Positions 52,055 through 64,000 of a stretch of DNA of 64,000 nt are shown piece after piece. The notes beneath the pieces are model-generated. The model had not been told where the DNA came from. It did not search any database and was given only the letters and a program-made list of their open reading frames with translations. Each line of letters opens with the position of its first letter. Position 1 is the stretch's first letter. The translations under genes were made by a program, and so were the position numbers. This DNA is from Klebsormidium nitens (taxonomy: Eukaryota; Plantae; Klebsormidiophyceae): contig DF236970.1 of the NCBI GenBank assembly GCA_000708835.1, forward strand, positions 248,001 to 312,000. Reading direction: 5' to 3'.

Positions 52055-55000
52055 ATGATGACCCAGGGCGTTAATAAAATCCAACCAACCATGCAGGCAG
52101 CGGAGGTCCTGCTGTCAGGGGCAGCAGCACAGCCAGCCGAAACATGGTCCTCAGCACAGGTTTTCAGGTTCAAGACAAGAGAGGACGCCGCAAACCCGCA
52201 CGCAAATGGAAAGAGCAAGTTGCCGATATGGCAAGTCATGCAGGAGCTCAGCAGGGAGATGCGTCAGGGGAACGGTCGGAGCGGGAGGCGAGCGGCTCAG
52301 GATGTTTCACGGCAGGACGAACCGCTTGCAGAGAGGTGGAAGCTCCAGTCTGAGGGCTTGAGCAGTCAGGTTGCGAGTTTGAGAGCACAGCTTGCAGAGT
52401 CGCGGCGTAACCAGGAGTGTTTGCAGAATGATCTGTACGAAAGTATGAGACGGGAGGCCTCCTTAAAGGCTAAGCTGGCGGCTGCTGACAGCAAGTTGGA
52501 TACTGTGGAGCGATGGGCACAGGTTTTGGGACAGCACATGGAGGAGGAGGTGTCGAGAAATTTCTTGGAGTCTGACAAGAGGCAGCTGCAAAACCTGACA
52601 GAGTGCCTTGCCTTGGCCGTGAAGTCCATGGCTCTTTTTGTGGGGTTGATGGACAAGGACTCTATGGGGCAGCTACGCTACACCTTCGTTCACAATCAGA
52701 AGCAGTTCTTTGGGGATGCGGTAAGCTTTAGTGGTTTGCCTATCATACCAAACCGTCAAGCATGAAGAGTATTGATTGGAGTTCATATAAATTGGCTGGT
52801 GGGTTATGTACTCTCCTCAAGTGTCTGCTTCCTTACAGTACCATGGGTTGAACTTGTATTTTGAAGAAGCCAGATCCAGGGTGCAAATACCTGTGCTAAT
52901 GTGTGGCAGCTTTCTCATGGGCTGGTTCAGGCTTAGTACGGGGTTCTGCTGCCAAGAATTTGTGGGACTTTGATTCGGTTGTTGTGCTGGCAGCACATCT
53001 TGGTTCGCACGTGGCATTTTTGTGCTCTTTCTCGGTATTGCAAGCATTTTAACAGTCTGTCAGCATAGCAAGCTGGAAGCAAGTGATTCGTGATGAAGAA
53101 TAGCAAGTCTCCCGTTTGTTTGCAGGACATGGTTGGAAAACGGGATGATGAAATCCTGCCGGTATCGATCCCTGGGGTTCGAGAGGGAATGGCAATAAAG
53201 CAGCGAGCTCTCGAGACCGGCACAACTGCTAGTGGAGAAATCACCCTGATGTTGCCTGACGCTTGCACACACTGGATGCTGACTTGCGAGCCAAGGCGCG
53301 GCGAGAGGAGCGAAGTTGTAGGGGTTGCTGTTGCTGCTGTAAATATCACAGAGACGGTAAGTTGCCAAGCTGTGGAAGTTTCTGACACTCTTACATCGAG
53401 TCAACTCTTACAAGCATGGGGATTGGGCAACAATCTTGTTCGTATGCATCTGTGCTGAGCAATGCAATGGCCCAAAGTGCATTGAGCACATGAGTAGGTA
53501 GTAGATTGTCGCTTATTGTGATCACCCAGTACTTGTTCTTGGCTACAATCAAGCCTGGTCGTTGCTGCTAATTATGGCTGAAGTTATTGTGCAGCAAAAA
53601 TGGGGATGCAATGCGTGTCCACCAATGATGATATCATACCATTTTCCAATGCAATGTGGGACAGGTTCATGTGCCATTGGGTATAGGGGGGGGGGGGGGG
53701 GGGCAGGTAGCGTGAGCTAGCTGAGACGAGAGNNNNNNNNNNNNNNNNNNNNNNNNNNNNNNNNNNNNNNNNNNNNNNNNNNNNNNNNNNNNNNNNNNNN
53801 NNNNNNNNNNNNNNNNNNNNNNNNNNNNNNNNNNNNNNNNNNNNNNNNNNNNNNNNNNNNNNNNNNNNNGGTAGAGGGGGGGGGGGCGAAGGGTTAAGAC
53901 CTGAAGCCTTAAGGCTGAAGACCAGAGGCTAATCTGAGGAGCAACACATGTCTGGATTGCTTAGTTGCTAAAATGTCTGCAGGTTGAAGGCAGGGCCCGG
54001 CTTGCCAAGTTGCATTCTGAGATTGCTGCAAGGGACGCCACAGAAGCAGAGCTGCGAAAGGCGATTCGTCTGACAGGTAGGGGGTCTCATCAGTGGCCAG
54101 TGTGACGTGTATAGGCCAGAAGTTTTCGGAGCTGGTTGCCTATCTCATTCGTTCGTGAAAAGTCAATGTGTCGTGTAGAATTTATTCATAAGGACCTCTT
54201 CTTTTGCCGTATTTAGCTTTGTGCTCCGGCTTTCAGTTGAGGTTCCTGTGACCTTATGCAGTCAACCATGTGACACTGCAGAAGAAAGGGTAAAGGGAAG
54301 TTCTGTGAGAGGAGTAATCATCAATTGTTGAGGTTCTTCGAGAGGAGGTCTACGAGTGGTTTCTGAATCATTCTCCATTTTGCTTCAGAGGAGGCCGTCA
54401 AGACCAAGTCCATGTTCCTGGCAATCATGAGCCACGAGATGAGGTATGTATTACAATCCGCACCAATCAGCATGTCACAATTGATAGTAGGACTGCGGAA
54501 GTTAACATGATTAGAAAGATATCATGGTCTTGTTGAGCGGCACTCGTTCTGTCTGCCATGCAGCTAGCTTTCGCATGCATGGGAGAAAGACGAGCTCTGT
54601 CACTGAAGTTCACTCTGTTATGACCAAACAGGACTGCCAATTCCTCATGACCAATGTTACACTTTCTGTCTTGCATTATGCTCAAAGTATTCTGCTTTGG
54701 TCTCTCTGAGCACCGCATACCGCTGCCTTAGAAGGTTCTGCTGGTTGCTGGTCACCTGCTGAGTTGCTTTGGCTCCTCTGTACACTGTGTATCATTGCTC
54801 TGCAAAAGGTCTGTTGAATTCGGTGCTGATTCGGCAAATGTCTTTCTCTTGCAGGACACCTCTGAACGGCGTTCTTGGCATGGCACACGTGCTTAACACC
54901 ACCCCTCTGGATGAAGAGCAGCGCGAGTTGGTGGACGCCATGCTGGCGTCAGGCGACACTCTGCTGGCCATTGTTGACGACGCCGTTGACGTCAGGAAGC

Positions 55001-58000
55001 TCGAGTCAGGCAAGTGCTAAAATACAATAGCACGTTTCGGTGCCAGTTCTTATACCCTTGCTTCACATATTGCCTGTGTATCTTTTCTTTTTCCGCAATG
55101 GTCTCTTCTTTTTTCCATTCGACCACTCTGAATCTGACCTCTTCTTGCTGTAACCACTTGCAGAAGCATGCTCTCCTCTGTCGCTTTGCTGGTCTCCACG
55201 TTTTGTTTCAGCATCTCTGGTCGAAGAAACGATCTCCCCAAGCTAACATTCTCCCCACTGTCTTCCTTCAGGTGAAGTTTCCCAGCAACAACGCCCTTTC
55301 AACCCACACCAAATCGTCAACCAAGTTCTGCATATGGCAGCCGCTGCTGTTCACAGCAAAGCAATAACCTTTGAGGCCAATATCAGCAGCAACGTCCCAA
55401 CCACGGTGAGCCACCACGATGTGCTTCTTACCTGGTTGGGTGTTTGAATCCCTGGAGTCATTCTGGTCAAAAGACAAGCAAGTAATCACCTTTATAGTCC
55501 AGGTCTGGTCTGACCTGACCGCTGGATGGTCTATGTAAACAAGACGATTTGACCTCTTTTGGCGAGAAACTTTTTACAAACGAGGAAGTTGACGGAGTTA
55601 ACTCATAATAGTAGTAGTAGATTATACTCGTGATTGTCTGCTTGCTTTGACAACCGACCCCATTGCCTGCTGGCCACGTCTGGTAAGGATTGGCATGTAA
55701 ATGGTCAGAAAGATCGCTGTTTCTTTTGCAGTAGTCGCAATATCGTTTCATTGACACTTATTTAGAATTGAGCCGTGATTCTTTCTAACGAGCTTTGTTA
55801 AAGAGATTTGAATATGTGAACAAGTGCCAAATCATAGGTAGGCTAAATTTGGGATTTTCTTGGTTTTGTTGTTTTTCTCGTCTGACGTCTTCTTTTCCTT
55901 GTTGTCCTTTTTGTCTGTCTGAAGTCTTCTTTCATGGTCTTCTGTTCTTCTCTTTGATTTTCTGGTCTGTTACCTTTTGGTGTACTTAAAATGACAGGCC
56001 CCTGCTTCTTGGACACTTCGCAATCACTTTACTTCACTCCTTGTCAAAGTGGTCTTGTTTTTGTCCACTGACCAAAGGCCATTTCCTTCCACAGATCCTT
56101 GGCGACGAGCTCCGCATCCGCCAAGTCCTCACCAACCTAGTTCACAACTCCCTCAAGTTCACCAACTCCGGCTTCATCCGCATCGGCATCTCCGTCTCCG
56201 ACACCCCCCCTCCCTCAACCGAGCCCCCAACTTCAGACTCCCCCGACCCCCAGACTGCCACGTCTACTGATGACAGCGGGTGCGACAGCAGCATGACGAT
56301 TGCCGGTGGCGAGGGCACAGTTTCCGACGAGGCGATGTCCAGAGGGTTCGGCCGGCGGCTGCTCAGTGCGCACGGCTTCCAGCTCCCGGAGTTCGACCTG
56401 GCTGAAACCAGCGAAGAAGAGCAGCACCCCGCGAGCACTCCCTCTTCCGTGCTCGACGTGGGGCCGCGAGACATGGACGAAAGCGGGCCGGAGCGCCGGC
56501 CGTGCTCTGAGGAGCCGGCCGCAGGCGCTCCGTGCTCCGGTTGCGGCGTCGCGGCCGGAGCGGAGGGAAGCCGTTGCACGGAACGGGAGTGCGGGACAGG
56601 GGAAGACGGCCAAGGGACTAGTGGATTGCACCGGTCGCTGACAAGGCACCGGTCCTTGGATAAGCAGGTTTGGGATGCGCCCCGCTCAGGGCCGGGGACG
56701 TCAGCCGAGCGGGGTCGGGGAATGGAGCGTTTGCAGCGGCAGAGCAGCCGGAGCAGCAGCGGCGGCCGGCAGATGAGCCCCAAAACGCCGCGGCGGGATC
56801 CGCTCCGGCGAGCCGGAACCTTGGGGCCCGACCGCGCGATACAGCGTGAGAACAGCCTCGCGAGCATCAGTGAAGGGATTTTGGATTTCGACGAGGCCGT
56901 CGGGCGGATCGAGGCCGATCTGGACCAGATCAAGTGCTCGCAGACGCTCTCACGAGAGAGCAGCCTGGACTCGGCGCCCGGGAGCCCCGCCGGGGGATCC
57001 CTCCGGTGGCAACGACGCGGCCCGGACGAGAGCTCCGACCGCCCGGGCCCGCTCCAGAGGCAGCCCAGCTTTTCGTACGCGACGGAAGGGTTCTCCGCGG
57101 AGGTTTCGGACAGTCCGAACCTGAGGGCGCTCGGACGGAGCACCAGCGCGTATCCGGAGAAGATGGAAGGGTTTGGGAACCTCGACGAGCGGCGGACCGC
57201 GAGCGAGCACGCGTTCCGGCGGTGCGGCAGCTTCGAGGAGTGCGAGGAGGTGCCAAAAGTGTGGCTGCGGGTCTCGGTGGAGGACAGCGGGTGCGGCATC
57301 CCGGAGGACGCATTCCCGATGTTGTTTGAGAAGTTCACGCAGGTAAGCGTCTACATGCTCCCGTTGCTTTCTAAGTTTCTCATTCGCAAGAGAGGAGAAT
57401 CAGTGTAGCTTTTCTTTGCTCCTTCTGGTGTGGAGATTGGTAGCCAAGCGGTCGCTGGAAGTTGTTGCTGTGCTCGCGTTTGCTGCAGCAAACGAACTCA
57501 TTCCGACTGAAGAAGATACTGGTTCGTAACATACTTTTTGCCGGTGTGCTCGCTCCACGATCCTGGATTGGACACCGTCGAGTTCCTTTACAAAGGTGTT
57601 CCGTGATGGGTGTTAAGTTTTGTCTCCTCCGTTTCGAATCGTTTCTCGCCCGCCTCGCAGTCTTTGCAAGGGCCTCACCGAAGTGTCTTGCTATTTTTAC
57701 ACTCCGTCAGCAAGATACCCAGCTCAGACGCTCACTCTCTGTGCGTTATCTGTGCGCAGGTGGACGCCTCCACAACTCGGCAGTACGGCGGCACGGGTCT
57801 CGGCCTGGCCATCTGCAAGCAGCTGGTGGAAAACATCCTGTGCGGAAAGATGGAGGTCGAAAGCACGCTGGACCAGGGGTCAACTTTCACTTTCACCGTT
57901 CCTTGCCAAAAGTCGGCCACCGATCCCGTTCCCCCACCGCAGCACGAGGCATGCAGCTCCCCCGGGAGGGTTTGCGACGAGCAGGGGGAAACGGGAGGTG

Positions 58001-60103
58001 CCACGGGCGAGGCTCCAGAGGCGGGAAGTCTAGAGAGTTCCGACATGGTTTGGAACGGGGGTCACACCGGCGAAGCTGAGCAGCGCTCGTTCTCGTTCCG
58101 GGGGGCAGGCCCCAGCAGGAAGCCGACCCCCCTGGACGTCCCTTGCTTCGATCACGAGGAGCAGGACAGAGCGTCCCTTCCAGGGGACCCCGGACCAAGT
58201 CCCCACTCGTTAACCCCTTCCTCTGACCGCCCCTTAACCCCTTCCTCAACCCGGTCCTTAACCCCTTCCACAACCCGGCCCCTAACCCCTTCCACAACCC
58301 GGCCTCCAACCCCTTCCACCTCCCGGTCTCCAAATACCCCTCCAGTGTCAACAGTCAGTCACCGGGTGTCGCCCGGGAAAGCGAAAAGCCGGCAGCCAGC
58401 GGCGAAGATGGAGGCGGAAGCTCCGCCTCTTTCGCCGAACGCCCCGACGTCCCCCTTCCCGGCGCCCCCTCCACCAGATAGCCTGCCGAGCCTGCTCCTC
58501 GTGGTGCGCGGACGTGACTTTTTTGCTACTCGTTTTTGACGCAGTGCTGATTCACCCCGGGGTTTACTCGGTTTGACTTGACGACGGGTTTATCGCTTTT
58601 TGTAAGCTTGCTGCTTGTGTGCCAGCACTGAAGAGTGCGCACTATCTTGCTCACGGTTTCCCGAAGAAAGGTGTTGGCTTTCAGGAATGTGTTGTTTTTG
58701 TGCGAACCAAACCATCAAGCTTCGAGCATTTGATAAGTAACTTGAGTCATGCAGATTTTTCGTTCGAGCTGCAAAGGTCCCTTCGGTCAGCCATCCGGCC
58801 GTTAGCAATTCAGAGAGGTTGAGATGGAAGATTTCCAGGTCCAGACCTCGACTTTAGATGTTGCAAACCCAGAAAGTTTGGAAAAGTGGAGCCTCGCTTA
58901 TTTTGAAGATAACGCTTACGAGGTTGAAAAGGTCTGATGCGAAAATTTTGCATCCCAAAAGAGCCGAAGGATATTTTCAAGAATCTGCTTGTGGCTGCCC
59001 GCACTCGAAGATTCGAGCCTTTGCCGATTTCGAAGACAAAGCTCCGGAGTTTGACAAGGTTTGACACAAAAGTTTGTATCTGGAAAGTGCCAGAGGATGT
59101 TTTCGGAAGAACTGATTGTGGCTTCTTACACTCACAAAATGGGAAAGATTGAGCCTTTTTTATTCTGAAAACAAAGCTTCGGTTTTCTAAACAAGGTCGG
59201 ACATGAAAATTTTGCATCTCGCAAGTGCCAGAGGATGTTTTCAAGAAACTGACCTTGGCTGCCCGCACTTTCCCCGCAGGAGGATAACAACATCAACGTG
59301 GTCGTGGCCCAGTCGATGCTCAAGCGGCTCGGCCTACGCGCAGACATCGCCAGCAACGGCGTCGAGGCCGTGCGCGCGCTCGCGCACAAGACGTACCACA
59401 TGGTCATGATGGACATCTGTATGCCACGGATGGACGGGCTCCAGGCCACGTCAGCAGTGCGGCGGTTTGAGGAGACGGGCGTGTGGCGGTTCGATGTGCT
59501 GGACAGCGAGCTGAAGGAACTAGAGGTGAGGGCTTGAGAATGCATGCGTCTTGAGCGGCGAGTCTTGATTGATCGTTTCGGTGGGATTGGATACCGCTAC
59601 TCGAATTTGCAATTTGGAAGACGGTTAGAAGCGGCTCTTTGTGCTTCGGGAGTTCGTGTTGATTATCTGAGGTTGTAAATCTGCTCTTCCTTGCTTTCAA
59701 AGTTACTCTGCTGTCCTCATCACCAGGAGTTGCGGGCAGATTCTGTTTCTGATATTTGTGCCTCTAAAAGTGCGGACAGGAGCGCAGTGGTCTAAGTCTG
59801 GATCCGACCCCATTGCCGCTTTGTTGTTTTGTTGAGTTCGCTTTTGTATTTCAAGGACCCTGAAAACTCGAAATTTTTTCTTTGCAGACCTGCCCCTCTC
59901 GGCCGGACTCTGGTTGCCAGCAAGGCATCCACGTGCCCATCGTTGCGATGACGGCAAACGCAATGGAGATGGACGTCAACCGGTGCTACAGCCACGGGCT
60001 GGACGCCTTCATTGCCAAGCCGGTCTCTTTCGCGAAGCTCAGGAGCGTCTTGACCCATTTTTTGCCTTGGTATAAGCTTGAATTGAAAGGAGCAAAAGCG
60101 TAG
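52055..60103 (+). CDS. AHK5: Cytosolic hybrid histidine kinase, AHK5/CKI2-like (coiled coil, PAS-like region, HisKA, HATPase_c, receiver)
   Basis: Ten phase-compatible exons: 52055-52720, 53126-53356, 53983-54076, 54389-54443, 54855-55009, 55272-55405, 56095-57342, 57760-58503, 59280-59525, 59888-60103. Motifs MSHEMRTPLNG (H box), [17 protein letters not shown] (N), VEDSGCGI (G1), [11 protein letters not shown] (G2), EDNNIN...[11 protein letters not shown]...IVAMTANA...FIAKP (receiver). LRYTFVHN...VGKRDDEI and RRFEETG are AHK5-like; no TM seen. Exact start codon uncertain. Confidence 0.88.
53686..53869. other. Poly-G tract followed by an assembly gap (N 53733-53869) inside a histidine kinase intron
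   Basis: About 18 consecutive G at 53686-53703, N run, then another G-run at ~53876-53885. Confidence 0.95.
58210..58330 (+). repeat. Coding 24-bp tandem repeat, ~5 copies ([40 protein letters not shown])
   Basis: Repeated taaccccttcc(t/a)caacccgg units in HK exon 8, in the linker between HATPase and receiver. Confidence 0.9.
58930..59272. repeat. Three degenerate ~130-bp tandem units at the 3' end of an HK intron
   Basis: aaggt...aaaattttgcatc...gccagaggatgttttc...ggctgcccgcact recurs near 58930, 59056 and 59193; the last copy runs into the acceptor ttccccgcag (59279). Confidence 0.75.
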
Positions 60104-61521
60104 GCTTGCTCTCTTGTAAAGTTGTTATGAACTTAAATAGGTATACGTAGTGGGCTAAAATTACAGTTAGTGCCGCTCGCTTGTAGAATAAGCTCGCTGT
60201 TTTCAGTGAAAGGTAGTGCTGGATGAACCGTGCAAGTCATGGAATGGTTGACCTGAACTTGGCCATGTCGTCCCCAGGTTATGACCAATACTTCCCCGAT
60301 TTTGAACCTAGCGCTCTGATACCTACCCCAATGAATACTACAGCTTTGGACAAAACGGTTCTTGTCTTAGCTTGTGTAGTGTTTTGCTTGGTCGAAAAGT
60401 GAGTAGTGACCGGTTCAGCGAAATAGCGCTTGCTTCGCGACAATCAGTCTCGGGTAGTCCCCTCTTCAGTGCATGCGAAAGCTGGCTACAGCTATATTTG
60501 AAGGGTCCAACCTGGTGATGAACGGCGTGAAACTCACATTCCTTCTAGTGTGACGGCTGTAATGGTTCATCTGTTCGATGGCCTGCATGCTGCATGCTGA
60601 GATGGTCATGAGGGCCGTTGGTCCTGGGCATGTATAAGTTCAGTGCATATTGCGGTGGAGTGTTTTGACCTTTCACGCACTAGGCAGCTTTCTAACACTA
60701 AAAGTCGGTGGCCTTCAAGTGATACGTCACGTACGGTATCCGATCATTGCAAGCCGCCGATGTCAAACATGAACGCGCTCATGACTACTACTCAGGAGCT
60801 ATAGCTAGTAGGCTTGCGCGTGCTCCGTCATGTAAGTGACTTCGCTTATTGTTGCAGAAAGCTAGCTCGCCGACGGTCATGTCATGAGGGCTGATCTATG
60901 CATGAATCTGTGTGGCCTGGTACTGACTCGATCAGCCTGCATGCATCACTATGAAATTAATATCAGCCGCACAGCCGGCGCTGTGCGCGAGACAATGCGT
61001 CGACAAACCGTTAATTTGTTCAGGCTTAAGGTCGCGAAGCATTTACCATGTCCGATCGGCCTGAACGGACTGGTTGGAACAGCGGTATACGTACGGTATT
61101 TAAATTAAGAATTCTGGCATCCGTATACAACTGTCATGTATGGTTTTAAGTACCATGTTGGATTTCCTGTTGCATGTGTGGATCGAGAAGTCGTGCATGC
61201 GCAATTGAAAATGTTCGATTATATCGAAGTCGTTGTATGTCTTCCAATACGACCAACTTGGCAATCATTTTCACTCGAGATCAATCCTACTGAGTGACTA
61301 TTGATGCATCACACGGCTGCCAATACAGTATGTATCCATCATGAAACATATGGGGATCTCTGGATCTCGGAGTATAGACGGTGGCAACTTGAAGACACAG
61401 CTTAGCGGGTTTGAAGCACCTGACATTTCGCAGAGTCCACCGATCATGATGACCACTTACTTTATTGCCGGCTTGGATGGGGGGCCCGTTTTTATAAATT
61501 TAAAAAATGGCTCGAGGGTAC

Positions 61522-63982
61522 TCAGACCTTCTTCTTATTGCCAGGTGTCGCTTTCACACCCTGTGAATAGCGTGACTGCTGCTTGCGCCTCACTTCTTGC
61601 AGCATGCCCTGGACGGTCTTCTGCCCTCCCTGTTGCTGCCTCATTTTTACCAGCGACAAAATCTTGTCGAAACCTAAGTGGTGGCCGTATTTGCGAGCGA
61701 CCCTGCCCAACAGAAACGTGTTCATCAGATCAAATGCTGCCTAAATGTTCCAAAGCATGTCACTGCCTTTTAACTGTTCCGCTTTTCAAGATTCTTCTCC
61801 CGGAATGCAAGTATTGGGCGGTTCACGTGTCCTCTCTGCAAGCAGTGACCTTCTCAGAAATAAAAGCATCCGTCCAGAGGACGGCTGACATCATCGCAGC
61901 CTGAACGTTGAATATAGAATAAGAAGTTTTCGTTGAGAGCCTTGACGTTCTCCAGTGGGACCCAAAACGAAACGAGCCGGGTTTCGAAAGTTGCAAAGAG
62001 ACCCACAGGATCCTAGAAATTCTCTGTCCCGCAACATGAGATGCTGGTCGGAAAACAAAACTGGCCTTCTCAGAGGCCTATCAAGCACTACCAATGCGAC
62101 TCTGAAAACAGCGAGCCCAGTCCCTTTTTAAAACCGATCCAGGTTCAGCCGGCGTGCATAGCCCTCAATTTTAAGGGCAACTGTGGAAAGGGGAAACTCT
62201 TCTGGTTCTTCTGCAAGCAAGACGCCCTGTCCGGGATTTGGAGCCGTTGTCTACAACAGCTCGAAGCTCGAATTGTGTGATACACCTACCAACCTTTGGA
62301 ATATCTTTGCCGACGAGTATAACGGGCCCTCAGAACTGACTAGATTCCACTGACCAACCGACAAGAGTAGATTCTTCGTAGTTTGCAGGCTCACCACATC
62401 AGAAGGATCGCTGACGTCAGCACGACCGTGAACCCGACCCCCCCCTCGACGCTCCCCCCCGGCTTTCTTCCGCACTTTTTTTGCGGCATCCCAGAACCCG
62501 CTCTCGCGCTTCTTCTTCCCCCGTCGCTCCTCTTCCCGCCCCCCGGGGGGCGGTAGTCTCGTCCCGTCGAAGCACGGGGGATCCCTCCCACCGGTGACGT
62601 CGTCCGTGACGTCATCGGCGGTGCGGAAGCCCGCCAGCTGGCAGAAGTGCGCGCCGGAGGAGGCCCACTCGGCGGCGGTGGTGCACACCAGGTCGCGGCG
62701 GCCGCAGGGAACTAGGTCCTGCGAGAAATAAATCCACTTATATTTTGACCCCTCTTATAATGTGTATAAAAAAAAATCAGACACCAGAATCTTGTATCTG
62801 GGTAAGCGGACCATGAGAAAGCAATCACGGGGCAACAGTACTCATTAAGGGAATCATAAGAGTCGAGAAACTAAATCCAGATGAATCCAATAAGGTCGAA
62901 AGTGGGACGACACTCTCGCAGGATGATCCTGCCCTTCTCTCACCTGAGTCATCGCATCCAATGCAAAATACGCTCCCCCGCATGCGTCCAATAGCCTATC
63001 GCACAGGCTCCGGCAGATTACGGGGGGGCCCTCCGAGACCCCAACGTCGGGATCGCAAAGCGCACACTCCACAACTTCCCAAAGCGCCAAGCAATCGGCT
63101 CCCGCCTCGCCGGACGTTGCCAGCTTTCGGAGCCATAAAAGGGCTGCATCGAGGGGTTAAGACTGAGGGTCAGCAAAACGGTTAACGGGTTTCTTAGCGA
63201 TCCAGTCGTGCTTTCTATGGAAGAATATACTGCCAAAGAAGGTCAAAGGAATCTCAATGAGGATGGCTGCTCTTCACAAATTGCCAAACTGTGTAAGCAG
63301 TGGGCCACGGCCAGGGCGAACCATTTGGGTGGTGCAGTGTGTGGTTAATAGGGTGGTTCGATGGGGTGTATATAAATGGGGTGGTTTGTTGGGGTAGTTC
63401 GATAACAAAGCTGAAAGTCTGGACGTACATGCTATTTTCTGCAAATGTTTGCTACCTGCCCTGCACACAATCAATCATCAACATATTATGAGAAAAAGGA
63501 GTGTTCATGATCAGGTCGGGGCAGATCGAAAGATACAGTAAACCACCACAAAGAATCCGAGCATCATAAGAAGTCAGTGAAAGAGAACAAGTAGACTCAT
63601 ACTTACCTGTATCCGTCTGTTCCTTGCCGCAGCACGTCTTCCACTTATAAGCCTTGCACAGGCTCAGGCTTTCCGCCCCTCGCACCCTCCTCGGTTCCTT
63701 CCCCTGAATTGCATACGGCGGGAAGCGCCCCCCTTGCGACCGGCACATTCTAGTTTCATTTGCATCGCTCCTCACATTCTCCTTCAGCGGTGGCTGATCG
63801 GCGGCGGCAGCGGCCGCGATAAGACCTACTGGGAATATACAAGATAATGCCACTGTAAGAATGATGCGAGACTTTAGAATAGAAACATTTCGGATCAAGG
63901 AGCGACAGCGCCTCATCGCAACAGACGGCGTGGCAATCACTTTTGGCCTATCTTGCACAACCACACCCCATTCTCCGCCCAT
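61522..63982 (-). CDS. Folate-receptor-family (Folate_rec) Cys-rich membrane protein, At5g27830-like; apparent 1-nt frameshift near the TM segment
   Basis: CRSQGGRFPPY..GKEP...LSLCKAYKWKTCC (exon 63916/63982-63607); CLALWEVVECALCDPDVGVSEGPPVICRSLCDRLLDACGGAYF (63143-62944); DLVPCGRRDLVC...WASSGAHFCQLAGF (from 62718); likely last exon 61702-61522. Confidence 0.82.
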
Positions 63983-64000
63983 AGCATAGCTTGATGGCCA

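Noticed and set aside
56142-57338. 398-aa antisense ORF (also 18106-18789 and other long opposite-strand ORFs)
   Set aside because: Shadow ORFs opposite GC-rich coding exons (HK, NTR); no recognisable motifs.

Overview
Intron-rich eukaryotic nuclear DNA (GT-AG introns of a few hundred bp, two N gaps). The gene set points to a streptophyte green alga such as Klebsormidium: plant-type CPI1, AHK5, NTRA/B, an At5g27830-like gene and a KHA K+ channel occur together with PSTK, which land plants lack. The organism call is inference, not read from the sequence. Eleven spliced genes were reconstructed by hand from ORF fragments and splice phases: 3' end of an ankyrin/KHA Shaker K+ channel, an atypical Ser/Thr kinase, CPI1, NADPH-thioredoxin reductase, a GYG/CNBD K+ channel, PSTK, an orphan Cys-rich single-pass membrane protein, GGTase-I beta, U1-C, an AHK5-like hybrid histidine kinase and a folate-receptor-family protein. 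A decayed Ty3/gypsy pol with a PHD finger and a ~770-bp TIR element are also present. The most notable items are the orphan receptor-like protein built from exon-duplicated 8-Cys modules, a ~350-aa insert in the histidine kinase ATPase domain carrying nine hydrophobic-x-R-x-x-S/T motifs, the Sec-pathway kinase, the PHD-bearing integrase, and recurrent duplications at 3' splice sites. No rRNA, tRNA or CRISPR array was recognised, and no database search could be run.
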